From Daphnia carinata (lineage: Eukaryota), in contig NC_081331.1 of assembly GCF_022539665.2 (NCBI RefSeq), forward strand, positions 6,572,001-6,636,000: a stretch of DNA of 64,000 nucleotides, given 5' to 3'. The stretch's first letter is position 1, and each line of letters begins with the position of its first letter. The notes below the pieces were generated by a model. The model was not told the DNA's origin, did not search any database, and saw only the letters and a list, made by a program, of their open reading frames with translations. Position numbers and translations under genes: made by a program. Shown here in pieces: positions 14,401 to 27,026 of this stretch.

Positions 14401-17400
14401 CCTCAATGCGTGCACATCGATATATGTAAGCACGCGTAACAGGTTCCGCCAAGTAAAATTCACGTAATAGGATACGTGATCCAATTAATTCCAAACTGCG
14501 CACTGGACAGATAGGATGTATGGGTTAGCCTTATTTTTTTGTTTTTTCCCATGTTGGTGCATCTCATTTTGCTTGGCATTTCACTATACCATCGAATTGC
14601 TGTATACAGGACCAGGTTCAAGACGTCCTGGACGCCATGTTCGAAAAGACTGTCGAGAGCGGTGACTACGTCATACGTCAGGGAGACGATGGAGACAACT
14701 TTTACGTCATCGACAGGTAAAATAATAATAACAAGTTTTCTGAAAATTCATGGTTTAATTCATTATCTCCCTCCCTCGGGTTGTTTGATGTTGTACCCAA
14801 AAACAGCGGAGCGTTTCACATTTACGTGGCTTCAGAAACAGAGCCAACCAAGAGACTCGTAGGTCAATACGAGGATTCCGGCAGTTTCGGCGAATTGGCT
14901 CTCATGTACAACATGCCACGTGCTGCAACAGTTCAAGTATATTGTCCTTCCTTTTTTTTTTATACATTTATATTTTTGAACGATCGATGTTACCGTAGGT
15001 CTTCATTCAACGTTTTAATAATAAATGTCTGTTGATATTTGGTAGGCCATGAGCCATGGTTCGCTGTGGGCAATGGACCGGACTACATTCAGAAGAATCA
15101 TCCTGAAAACGGCCTGCAAGAAGCGTAAAATGTACGAGACACTACTAGAAACTGTACCCATGCTGCGAGCGTTGACGGTAAGCCTTTTTGATGCATATCT
15201 AATTTAAGGGCGAACACGTCAGCCGCACATCCGGCTTTTTGTCAAGCCAACGCATTGATTTATTAGGGCTCTGTCAATTGCGAATAGCTATCGAGAATCG
15301 TACATGGCAGATCACTTGACATTGATCGCCTACCAAGCCACCAAGCAAGTGCTGGTGGGCGCCGATCCTTCTGGTACAAAGAAATAACGACACATAGAAA
15401 ACGGAAATCGAAGGCTTCGTTGTTCCATCGATTGCAACTACCCGATGACAGAATAGCTAGATCTTTTTTTTTTCGGGTTCGTTATCGTCGCTTTGCGGTT
15501 CATTTGACGCAAAATAATACGCGCGGATGGTTTTTGAACAATCGGCAGATCTCGTCTTAAATGAGAATCGATGATTTTGTCACGATGAGTCATGTGAAAT
15601 AAGCTCTCGAGTTGGACGGGCAACGATGGGTTAGGTATACAATTTGAGGAAACGTCTGCTTTCTTTTTTGGATTCTGCTACATCGATGTGGTAGTCAATA
15701 TCAGGCTTCGTATTTTTTTGCACGATCAATCCAATTACGGTAAACCAATTCGGTGGGCTCTTCCAACGTTCCAAAAATTATTTCTTGGCCGGCCAGCAAC
15801 CAAAAAGACCTTTGCTCACTTTGTATTGAGCTGTCAGTACCCGAGTCCCGCACAAACGGGAGAATTGCTCATTGTTTATCGATCCACTGACACTTCCACG
15901 TCTCTCTTTCTTTCTTCTTCCTCGCCGTTCTATACAGCCAAAATTCATCAGCGATTCTTACTTTGGTTTTCCATTTCTTGCGTTGGAGATTTTCGTCACG
16001 GCTCGTGTTTGATTTCGCTGCAAATATTGTGAGAAGCAATGCACGGACTCAATGAGCTTTTCCGATCGATATGGCCGTTGGGCCAATAATGTCTGGCCGG
16101 TAATCGAAGTTTGCCTTTTCATGTTTTTCTAATGCCAGCTGGGCCAAGCCAAATAGCGTTTGCAACTTAAAATATTTGGACGTTGAATACGGCTTGTTTG
16201 TTTCGCATCACCGCGCACGAATATTCTGCATTAATATTAATATGCGGCTTCTTTCTTTCTTTTTTTTTTTTTTTTTCGTTTTAATTCACTGTTTCTGTGT
16301 GGATGTGACGCGTGCAAAAATAGTTAAACGAAAAAAAACGGAGCGAACGTGCGATGCGCCAAAAAGAAGCGCCGTGAAAATGGGCGATCGTAAGGAACGA
16401 ACTTTGCATAGATTTTCTTGTTTTTGGCCTATTAAATAATTAATAACGAACTAGCGGAATGATAGAGGAAAGCTTTCGCGAGATGGTACATAATTTAGGT
16501 GGCAAAGCAGCATCGATTTCTCCGTTTGATATTGCACGAAAAATAAAAACGCCAGCCTCAAAATGGCGCCTATTCTTTTGATGACGGATACAGTTAGGTA
16601 TTCGCGATGCTCGAGAACTTAATTGGTTGTTTGTAAGGAAAGCAGTCTCTGCTGTTCGTTACATCTACAACGATGACGTACGAAACATAACAATAGGCTC
16701 TTAATAACATGAAAATGTTCCCGAATCATAAATAAGGAAAGCAGATGGAAAAGGCTATAAACTGAATGGCAGCCTGTGTTCCATTAATTCTTTTCATCCC
16801 GAACGAAGGGCAAAGAGGAGAAGCGCACAGGAAAAATAAAAAAATAAACTTGAATTCGAACGTCAGTCAAATGTTATAAACGCAATGAGACTTTGCGTGC
16901 TCGTACGTGTATTTTCAGTGATCAGAATACGCTTACACGTAACTCCGCTTGTTGTCTAGACTGTACACGACAATAAAACATTAAATATGCAACATTTTTT
17001 GTGTGTTGCAACAACTTGTTATTTCTAGAAAACAAGTAAAAAAAACGAATGAAAACAATAGCTTTTGTTCGTCTCTTTTTCTGTTTACAATTCCCTTTGA
17101 TTTTATTGTCGGAAATCACTTTGCGCATACAGTTGAACAAGGTTGTCAACGACAGCGCAGCTTGACAGTTCCCGAGAGTCTTACAGCTATTCTTGCATAT
17201 CAAAAACATCAACGAATCTCATTAAAGCGAGATTCGATGCAACACAATCGCATGTGTGGCGGGCTGCCGTCTTTTGAATTGCCAATCGCCTACACACCCC
17301 AAATACACAAGAGGCATTTTCTTGATTCATTTTTTTGTTCGCCGGCTTCTAGCTAACATGATACGCGCGTGATACGTCACCCACAGCAAACCCATTGTTA

Positions 17401-18246
17401 AATTCAATTTTGTTAAACTTCATTTTTATTTTTTGCTTTTTCGAGGGCTGAGGCGGAGAGCGGGACGATTGGATGTGTGACAAATTTCAGGACCCATTTC
17501 CGTACTAGCAATTGATACACATTTGGCAAGCTGCCGTACAGGGAAGAATCTTTCTATAGGCACGCTGTACATCATAACAAATCTGCTTTTTGCTTGAATA
17601 ATTGGGATCGACTTGTTACAGGATTCTTCCTTTTCCAAACGATCAATTTTTGGCTGAACGATAGAATAATTATGTAAATTATGTTTTGTTATGTCAACCT
17701 AGTGATTCACTACGTTCGTAATGATGTTTTACTATTAATGCTGCGATAAGGATGATTATAATTCCTGATTTCTTGTTCTGAACAGTCGTACGAACGGATG
17801 AACGTGGCGGATGCTCTGAATCCTCGGACGTTTGAAGATGGCGAATGCATAATCCGACAGGGCGATGCGGCCGACGGCATGTACTTTGTTGAGGCCGGAA
17901 CCGTTCGCATCACCGTCGCCGGAGAGAACGACATCGAGGTGGAGGTCAGTCGAGTCACCAAAGGCGGATACTTGGGAGAACTGGCTTTGGTCACTCATCG
18001 GCCAAGAGCCGCGTCCGCCTACTGCGTCGGCCCAGTTCGTCTCGCCTGTAAGTTATACAAATACTATTGATCATACCGAAAGAATGATGGCCTCTAAAAA
18101 TAAACTCTTTTCCAGTTTTGGATGTCCAGGCATTCGAGCGTTTGATGGGTCCGTGCATGAATATCATGAAGAGGAACATCGACGACTACGAGGACCAGTT
18201 GATTCGCATTTTCGGCTCTCGCGTTAACATGAGCGACATCCGGTAA
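11476..18246 (+). CDS. Pka-R2: cAMP-dependent protein kinase type II regulatory subunit; 8 coding exons (approx. 11476-11742, 12654-12739, 13146-13229, 14610-14716, 14807-14936, 15046-15177, 17786-18047, 18115-18246); apparent frameshift near 11630
   Basis: RII dimerization/docking domain ([32 protein letters not shown]), RII autophosphorylation/inhibitor site RRKSVFAE, two cNMP-binding domains with [15 protein letters not shown] and [16 protein letters not shown]-terminal FERLMGPC. Confidence 0.95.
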
Positions 18247-20622
18247 ACGTCTGTATCGTCTAGCTATTTCAACAGTAAAACATATATACACACACATACG
18301 TGAGAGCTTTACGATAATCACGAACTGCTTTGATTGAAATGGCGCGAATGCGAATGGATACACACACCTACCCTGGGCATAAGAGCAAAAGAGAAATGCC
18401 TCTTAGATAAAAAAAGAAAAGAAAAGGAACACAAAAGTACAGTTGAAAGTGAACCTGTTTGTGAGATGTCGCGAGAAAAGGAAAAGACTACAAGGCAAAG
18501 CAAACAAAAACAACCGAATAAACATGTTGATGAAACAGTAAGAAGAATTCACGGGCGTGATGTTTTCTCTTCGCGTTTCTGACACGTCGATGTACGCCCA
18601 CAGAGCTCCTCCCTATGACGCTTATTATAAAAAAACACATACTTCTACGGTTGTCGTTGATATTGTGTCTCACGTGATTGATCAAGAAAAAAGGAAAAAA
18701 AAAAGGATGTTAGATGCTTCGTGTCGCCACTAAAATCTTTCGTACAGGCTTTTATTTCAACTTTTACTCTAATCGTGATTCGTCTATCACGTTTTTTTTT
18801 TCTATTTTATTTGGTTTTTATTGCCAACGTTGTGTGGCCTATTAACTATCCTTTGTACGCCTCAAGTTTTCTTGCTTCATGCCGAGAAGAAAAGAGAAGG
18901 CTTGTTTGCTGATTTCCAACCATTGACGGCGGGACAAAAGGAAACAAACAAGCAGCCATTCCATTATTCTGCGTCATCACCCAAAGCCAATCCCATCGAG
19001 TTCCCCCCACCCGTCTTAACTTCGTCACTGCGTGTAACTTTGTCAGACTTCTTCCGCGTTCTATCAAGCCATCAATCTTCCAAGAAACCCCGTTTCCATT
19101 CAATGTTAGTCTTATATCAGTGTCTCGCTGTTTGTTATCATATATATTTTTTTCCTGCCATTATCTAGTCTGTAATTTTCATAACTCCCGCGTGATTGAT
19201 CCTCGTCCTCATCCGCCTCTTTCATATTTCTTCCTCTCGAAGCTATTGACGCTCTATTCTGTAGAATCGTGTGTGCTAATCCTCTTAATTTTTTCGTTGT
19301 TATGGGGATTTCTACACCAGTCGTTTGTTGGTTTTCCTTCACCGTAATGTACTCCCCCCCCCCCCCCCCCAAAAAAAAAAAAAACTTATCCTGTCGTGGC
19401 TGAATGGTATACGTATATAGATAACCATTTGTTTTTTTAGCTTGTTCAAAAATAACAACCCTAACTCGGGTTTCTATTCCCTTTTCGATTTATTTATCAA
19501 ATGAGTCGAAAGGGAAAGAATCGGTGCTTATTTGGTATATAGTACGTCCTTATTGCCTTTCCAGCAATCGATTCGCCAACATCTAACAACACAGATCAAA
19601 CTTGTAGTTGATTCAATTCTTTTAGATCACCTTGTTTAGTTGATTACGTTTTCGTGAGTTTTGTGTACTCTTTCTTTCTTGTCCAAAGATCCAGCACTAG
19701 TGTCCCACAGTTTTAAAAAGACGGAGGGTTCGAGTATACGCGGATAGTGTGGAAACGCCCTGGATGTATTTTGTGAGCCTGATGATGACGGTTTGATTGT
19801 TCTGTTTACCTTCACCACTTTTCTGACAGGTCCTCTTATTGTCGTGAGAAAAAAAAGATGTGTTATTTTGATTGGTTCCCTTCATCATGATATCAGAAAA
19901 CTTTCCAACAATTTCATCGTTGCAACTTAACAGTTGAAAACTTCGTCTGGAAGGAAGCGATGCCAGGAACTTTTGTGTTTTGCCCTTTATGAATCTATGG
20001 CTAGTAAATAAAAGATGATATTGATTTTCAAAAATGTAATTTTTTATGGTTCGCTAATAACCATAGCCGTGAAGTTGAGGGCGGTGAAGCTAAGGTGGAG
20101 TCGGAAAATTATCATGGCTGCTTTTTAGTATCAACCCGAAAGGGAAGAAACAAGGTTTCATGTTTAATAGTTGAGAGCTTGAAGCTGCGCCACCTTTTCT
20201 GATTCCCGAAAAGGTTGAAAAGTATGTGTTCCGGGTACTAACTAAAAAATGCTCATTCAATCATTAGTGTGCATAAAGAGATAAAAGTAGTTAAACTGAG
20301 CCTGATTTCCATGTTTTTATTCATTTCTGCTGGATGGCAAAAGCTATCTGACTGACCATTTACAGTCATTTATGGATTCATGTCAGATGATAAGAAAGTT
20401 TCTAACTAAACTTATTTAGATTTGAATAACGACTGGAGATGGCTAGAAACATGGGAGCTGGAATTGAATGATAAATAAGAGGCGACGAGAGCCTGTCAGC
20501 TCGAGAAGTCTTTCGGTTTCGTGTCTCGTGTTTCCCACACTTCAAGATCTCTTGCCAGAAAGGGCTTCTTAATGCAATGAATCCCTTACCATAACAAAAC
20601 ACGTGTCTATACAGAAGTGATT

Positions 20623-23600
20623 ATGTTTGAGGTCGGCGAAAGTTTTGTTTATTTTGTCATTTTATTTGCTTTGTGTTTGACATCAAAGCCTTTTGGTTTT
20701 TTTTATATAGGAAGCTAATATACGGAAGCGAGGGAAACTCGCAAGTGATTTTACTCCATTCGGGTCTACCGCTGGAATGACGGATGGGAACAGCTACAAT
20801 CATTCGTGGAAATTTCCATTTCTTCCTTGTATAATCGGTGCAACCTTCGGTTTCGTCCTTCTCATGGGGATTTCGACGTTATCGGATCATCGACTCCCAA
20901 CTCCAATTTCTATAAAAGATTCAAGTTTACACCCAGGAGTTTTCATTGGAGAACGAGCATACAAACATCTTGAGAGGTTGACGAGCATAGGGCCACGAGT
21001 TGCTGGAAGTTATGAAAATGAAATCAGAACAGTTGATCTGTTGATGCGAGAAATTGGTTTTATTAAACAATTTGCCAATCCAGTTCACAAAATCACAATG
21101 GAGGTTCAAAGACCTTCTGGTGTGATGACTCCTATGGCTAATGGGATTGATCATAACACAATCTACCATGCACTTGCAAATGTTGTAGTAAAAATTGAAG
21201 ATAAAAATTCCTCAGACGTAAATGCAGAAAGCTTGCTGGTGAACGCTCATTTTGACAGTGTCTTTGGAAGTCCAGGTTTTATTGTTACTACTGCAACATT
21301 GTAGAAAGTAGGCTGGTTCATGTTTGACTGGAATTATTCAGGTGTGAGTGACAATGGTGTAAGTGTTGCAGTGGCCCTTGAAGTATTGGAAGTACTTTCG
21401 CGCAGAAGCCAACCTACCCAACACCCAGTAATCTTTTTGTTTAACGGTGCTGAAGAGAAAGGCATGCTGGTAGAGTAACTTAAATCGATCTTTATTAGAA
21501 ATGTCATTGTTTTAAATTCACGTATTAGGGTGCACATGGATTCATCACCCAACATCCGTGGGCAAAGCAAATCGGAGCTTTCGTCAATCTAGACGCTTGT
21601 GGAGCAGGTGGCAGGGAAATTGTATTCCAGGCTGGTCCGGGCAATTCGTGGTTGATAAAGGTACAATCCAAAATATTCATTTTTCGGATACCACAGAAAA
21701 TATCTAACTCATATCATGTAAATTCAAAAGGCCTATGCTGCAGCTGCCCCATATCCCTTTGCAAATATTGTTGCTCAGGAAATCTTTGAGGCAAAATTGG
21801 TGCCATCTGATACTGATTTCAAAATATTCCGAGATTTTGGAAAAATTCCAGGTTGGGTTGCATTTATCAACAAAAAGTTTCATTTCAAAAATTTTGTTTT
21901 CAATCTCGTTTCTTTATTTAGGCCTCGACCTTGCGTATTTTAAGAACGGCTACGTCTACCACACGAAGTACGACGATATCCAACACGTGTCATTGAGTAC
22001 AGTTCAGCGTGCCGGAGACAATCTACTTGCTTTGGTTTCCAAGTTGGCTGATTCAGATTGGCCATCTATGCGGGATTCTGGAGAAATCATTATCTTTTTC
22101 GACTACCTCGGATTGTTCATGATAACTTTCTCCAATTTATCATGGCATCTTTTAAATATCACCTTAATCACTTTAGCATTTTATCAATCTATCGCCTGGG
22201 TCACCGTTCAGGATGGTAAATCATATTTTTTATGCATTTTTTCTAGTACTTTACTAAACATTTTTACATTTATTTTTATGCAGCCGATTCCCCGTCCGGC
22301 CAAATTGGAACTGTATGCAAGCAAGTCGTCTTTAGCTGTTTGACAGGTGTTTTCCAAATTTTGGGTGGATTTTTCGCTGCTTGGCTAGTAGTGGGTGTCA
22401 TAACATTGGCTGGATTCACCATGTCATGGTATAGTCGTCCCTACCTGCTAGTGGGGCTTTACGGGATGCCGGCTCTTGCGGTGGCGCTATTCATCTTCCT
22501 TCAAGTGTCAGCTGCGCAAGAACGAGCCCTCAAATCCACTTTCTTGGTTGAACGAGTTCAATTCGAAGGCGCAAAGCTAAATCTGACTTTGATCGTTCTC
22601 CTGACTTATATGTATGGTATTCGATCCAATGTGCTCTTACTTCTTTGGCTGTTCTCGGCTATTTTTGGCCGTTGGTTTTTGGACAAGGTGTATCAGCGGA
22701 AAACTATAGGTAATAATGGTAATCTCTCAACTGAATGTTAAAGGAAATTGATGGGAAAAAACTTTTAATTCGGTTGAAAGGTCAATAATCATTTTACTGT
22801 CTTGTCTATACGATAGATGGCGGTTGGCTCCTTCTACATTTTTTCTCGTTCGCCGTACCCATTTTACAAACCCTTTATCTCTCCGATAGCGTCGTAATTG
22901 ATTTAATTCTTCTTTTTCTCTAACCACATCCACCGAAGCTAATCAATTTTTATTTATTTATTTTTTTTTTTTACCTCACTCAATTTGTTACTAAAGATTG
23001 CACTTCTTGTACCGATTTCTGGTCGAAACGGTATTAATTCCAACCCTGATCTATTGGTGGCCATGGTGACGGTTGCCTTTGGATTGCTGATCGCAGCATT
23101 TCTCGTATGCTCTATTTCTATTCGAATTGATTCTTTTCATGTGAAACGGGAGCTTCCGGATGACCTAGACATCTTTTTTTTTTTTCGTTCTTGGCAGTTT
23201 CCCTTGGCGAGCTTAGTCCGCCATGCCCGCCGGATCTTGTTTCTACTGATGGCTGGCCATCTTCTTGTGGCTTTTGCAGTTACAATCACTCCTTTGGGTT
23301 TCCCTTACTCGGCCGGTCTGCTTGAAGTCAAACCTCAGAGAGTCCAAATTCTGGTAATGCTTTGACCTGAGAGTCCAAGTCCCGGAAGATTGACCGTAAA
23401 AATTTGAGAGAGCGATAGATTTTGAACCCGCTTTTTGGTTTATATCTCTGTTTTATTTCAGCACGTTGAGAGGACCTTTTACGAGTCAAACGGGTTGGTG
23501 CGCCGGCGGGAGTCGGGGTATTGGCTTTTCGGTTGGGATCACCATATTAAACCGGAATTGCTGGCGCCACTGGAGCTAAGAGAGGGCGTCACGCGTGTCG

Positions 23601-24571
23601 ACGAATCGCACTGTCACACCCTCCCGTACTGCGGTCTGCCTTATTACTTCCCTTATCTTAAAAGGATTCGGTAATGCACCATTTGACATGCAATCCAGCA
23701 AATGCATTAGAAAGCCGCCTATTTGAAAAAGAAAACATGTGTTTTTATCTTTCCTATTCGATGACAGATCTTCTTATTGGGCGCCGGCTCCACAACCATT
23801 AATTTACCATCCAACTCGAATCGAGTTGATTGATCTAAAGCTTACGGGCGTAGATAAACGGAGTCTAACGTTTACGTTGACGGGTGAGCATTTATTCTGC
23901 ACCGCAGCCTTGTCTAAGAATCCTTTTGCCGCCTAACGTTGAAATTCTACTTTTCTTTTACCTCCTCCATCAAACAGGGCCTGATCATATGACTTTGATG
24001 ATATGGCCCATCAGTGGAGTTAAACTGGTGGGTTGGTCGGCCAGCAAAGAGCTACCGCACGCGGATTCCTTTTACACGGAACGGCCGCTTTATTTTGTGA
24101 CTTACTTCTACGGCGTTCAACCCAATACGCCATACGAATTGACAGTCACATTAGAGGTTAGTTTTGTTTCTCATTTATTTATTTTTTGTGGCTATTTTTG
24201 GTTTTAAATATTTGACGGCCGAGGGTTTTGTAAGGGGGAAAAAAAAATCTAGTCGGTTCGTTAAGATGGTGTTAAAGTCGTAAATTGCCTTAACTAATGA
24301 TTCACTTTTTTTTGTTGTTTCTTCTTTCGTTTTGTGCGTGTGTGTGTTTGTATTCCGGCTTGCACCTTTCTTGTCTTGCTTCTATGGTGTGGTGATGACG
24401 CAGGTCCCACCCTCTTTGAGTGGGAAGCAAGTGCTGGAGATGGCGGTGACGAGCCACATCCTGCACGGCCACGAATCCGTAGCAAATGAATTTGCTAGCA
24501 CGTTGAAGAAGTTTCCGCCTTGGATGTACGCACACGGATGGACTGCCACCTACTCTCACTGGTCTTTTTAA
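20623..24571 (+). CDS. ERMP1: Endoplasmic reticulum metallopeptidase 1-like (peptidase M28, multi-pass membrane), multi-exon
   Basis: Motifs across exons: [96 protein letters not shown], then several hydrophobic TM exons and PQRVQILHVERTF. Start assumed at ATG TTT GAG|GT 20623, which is in frame with the exon at 20711. Confidence 0.92.
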
Positions 24572-25103
24572 AGGCAAAAAACAAGGAATTCATTTAGAAG
24601 TATACTTGTATAGACGCCGTGTCTGTGTCTACTAGGTCGAAGAGAGCGCCGCGCATCGGGCGTTGGTGTTCCTTTCTCCCATTTTTATTTGACCGTTTTC
24701 ACAAAAAAAAAAAAGAGAAATAAGGTGTTTATTATGAATTGATGATGCATGTGCTTTATGAGAAGAACCTGCTTTGGTGCGCCGAACATTCTTCTGCTGT
24801 TTGTGCCAAAAGTGTTTTGTGTGCTTGCGTGTCTGCAGTGTGTTAGGTGCTTAACCGTCATCACTTTCGCAGTCCAACTTATTATTTTTCCTCTACCTTT
24901 TTATTTTCCTTTCTTCTTTATTTTTTTTTTTCTTTTTTGTTATCTTGCTCCTAGTCTTCCATTACACACGTCAATTTGCCAGCAGACATCCCCCCTTGGT
25001 TTCGACCGGTTTCTTTTCTTTATTGTGGCTTTTCTTTTTTATTATTATTTTCTTAAAAAAAAAACATGTATTCCATTTGATTTGATTTTACCTTATTTTA
25101 GAT

Positions 25104-27026
25104 TCAGAGTTCCTTTGTTTTTGTTTCTTGAGGGATTGGTATTTTGGTTATCCCTCTGCTTTGCGAAGGTTTCCCCGCGGCTTTCGGACTTTGGATCACG
25201 TGATGAAGATGGATTGACGGGAGCGAGTCATTGCGGTGCCTCGCCTTCACTTGCGTCAAAAGGTGCTCCGGAGAAAATGGGCGACTAGAAAATTCAAGCT
25301 TTTCTTGAAGAGCCGAGGCATTGATAAATAACCCCCTCCGCTGTTGTGGTTAAAGAATCCACCACACATAAAGGGACCCTAGCGTACACATGCATCCTTT
25401 CGTTTGTACGAGATCTTCCTCGCTTCAGCATCCAGCCGAGATAGAATTTTCATTCTGCGTTTCGTTCATTAAATAAGATTTTATTTTCTGAAAACAAGAA
25501 TCGTGTATGGCAGTGTTCAAATTTGACGTAGCAGCCTCCCTACGTGAAAATGCCAAATTCATATGACTGCCAACATCTCTCTATATCGGCCCCCCTATTG
25601 TGCATGATTTACTGTTAACCGTCACTCGTGAATCACTCGTTTGAAAAACCTTGATATCATTGGCGAATCCATCAAAACGAAAGAAAAAAGAAAAATCCTC
25701 ATGTGGCAAGTTCTAAAATAGAAGCACCATCCGGGTCGAGGCACTAGATGCTACCACGAGTCCCAAGAATAAAGCACAATTGTTATATACAAAAACATAT
25801 AGTTGTTCTTGGTGCGGGCATGCATGGTTCCTTCTTTGTAATAACGAACGCTCTCAGTTTGGAGTTGTGACATCATCGACGCATATATAATGAACAGAGA
25901 GAAAGAAAGAAAGAAAGAAAAAAACGTGTTGTAGGTCGTCATCCCAGTTCTTAACGTACCTCCCCCCCAACCTTTCTTTTCTTTTGCCTTTGACAAGAAG
26001 AGATGATTCACCATCAAAGAGGTTAGTTACTTGCTGTAACGAATATATTTTTTCTACGCGTATCCTTGGCTTGTATGGAACAACAGCAGCATGAAAAAAG
26101 ACGACTCAGCATGCGTTCGAATTAACCCGCGTTATGTGTGATTAGATTTATCCGTTTGCTTGCTGTACAGCTGTGAGTTTTCAGCTGGATTCCGACTCCT
26201 TTTCATGCAGAAGTCAAACAAAGAGAAAGATGAAAAAAGAAAAAAAAAGTTGGAAGAAGATTGAGCGGCCTGTGCATTCAGTACGTGATGATGTGTGGCC
26301 ACCTCTTGGATCACGTCACCAGAGAAACACTAGCCGATTCAAACCACCCATAAATGTAATACACGTTATTTTGCTTTTTTGCTTTTTACTTGGCTTGTTG
26401 ATTCGTTTTAACTGCACTCGCATCACCCACAGCACATAGACAACGATACATGCTCATTTATGGCGTTGAGGCTGCACAGCTCGAGGCTAAGGGTAGAGCT
26501 GGCGCCCTCTTTGCCATCATATATGCAAAACTAACCAAAAGAGCCCCTCCTTTATTTTCACGACTTTTAAATGAAATGGTATTTTATTTGTATATTTTTC
26601 TAATTTAGCCTTTTTTTTAATTTTTTTTCCCTTTCCTTCAGGAAAAGAGAATGCCCATTGGCGTTTGTAAATGATACACAATTGGATTGCTTTACACGTC
26701 AAAGCACGCGTCAGTTATTCAGCAGTTAATTATTATTATTACTTGATTCAAAACGGTGAACGGCTTGCGCAATGAAGAAGATCTGAAAATATGATTAATT
26801 TAACACAGCTACAGGCATGTGTTACGCTAATGCACTTGCTAAACTGGGATCCTCAACTTGATCATTGGACTGAGCAGTGCCCAAACAACGGGTATAAAAA
26901 CAAGAAATAAAAAGAAAATATACATCCAGTGGCCGATTAGAAAATTTTCTATTTTTTCTTTTTAAACTTCCAAAGAACAGGACGTACATGGATCGTGATT
27001 GGGGACGTCTCGCTGCTATTGGCCAT
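25104..27026 (-). CDS. Possible small two-exon orphan ORF (91 aa; exons 27026-26988 and 25340-25104)
   Basis: ATG...CAT|GTACGT donor and ACAACAG| acceptor join in phase 0 to give MANSSETSPITIHRRGLFINASALQEK...RHRNDSLP...KTKEL*; no family recognised. Confidence 0.25.
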
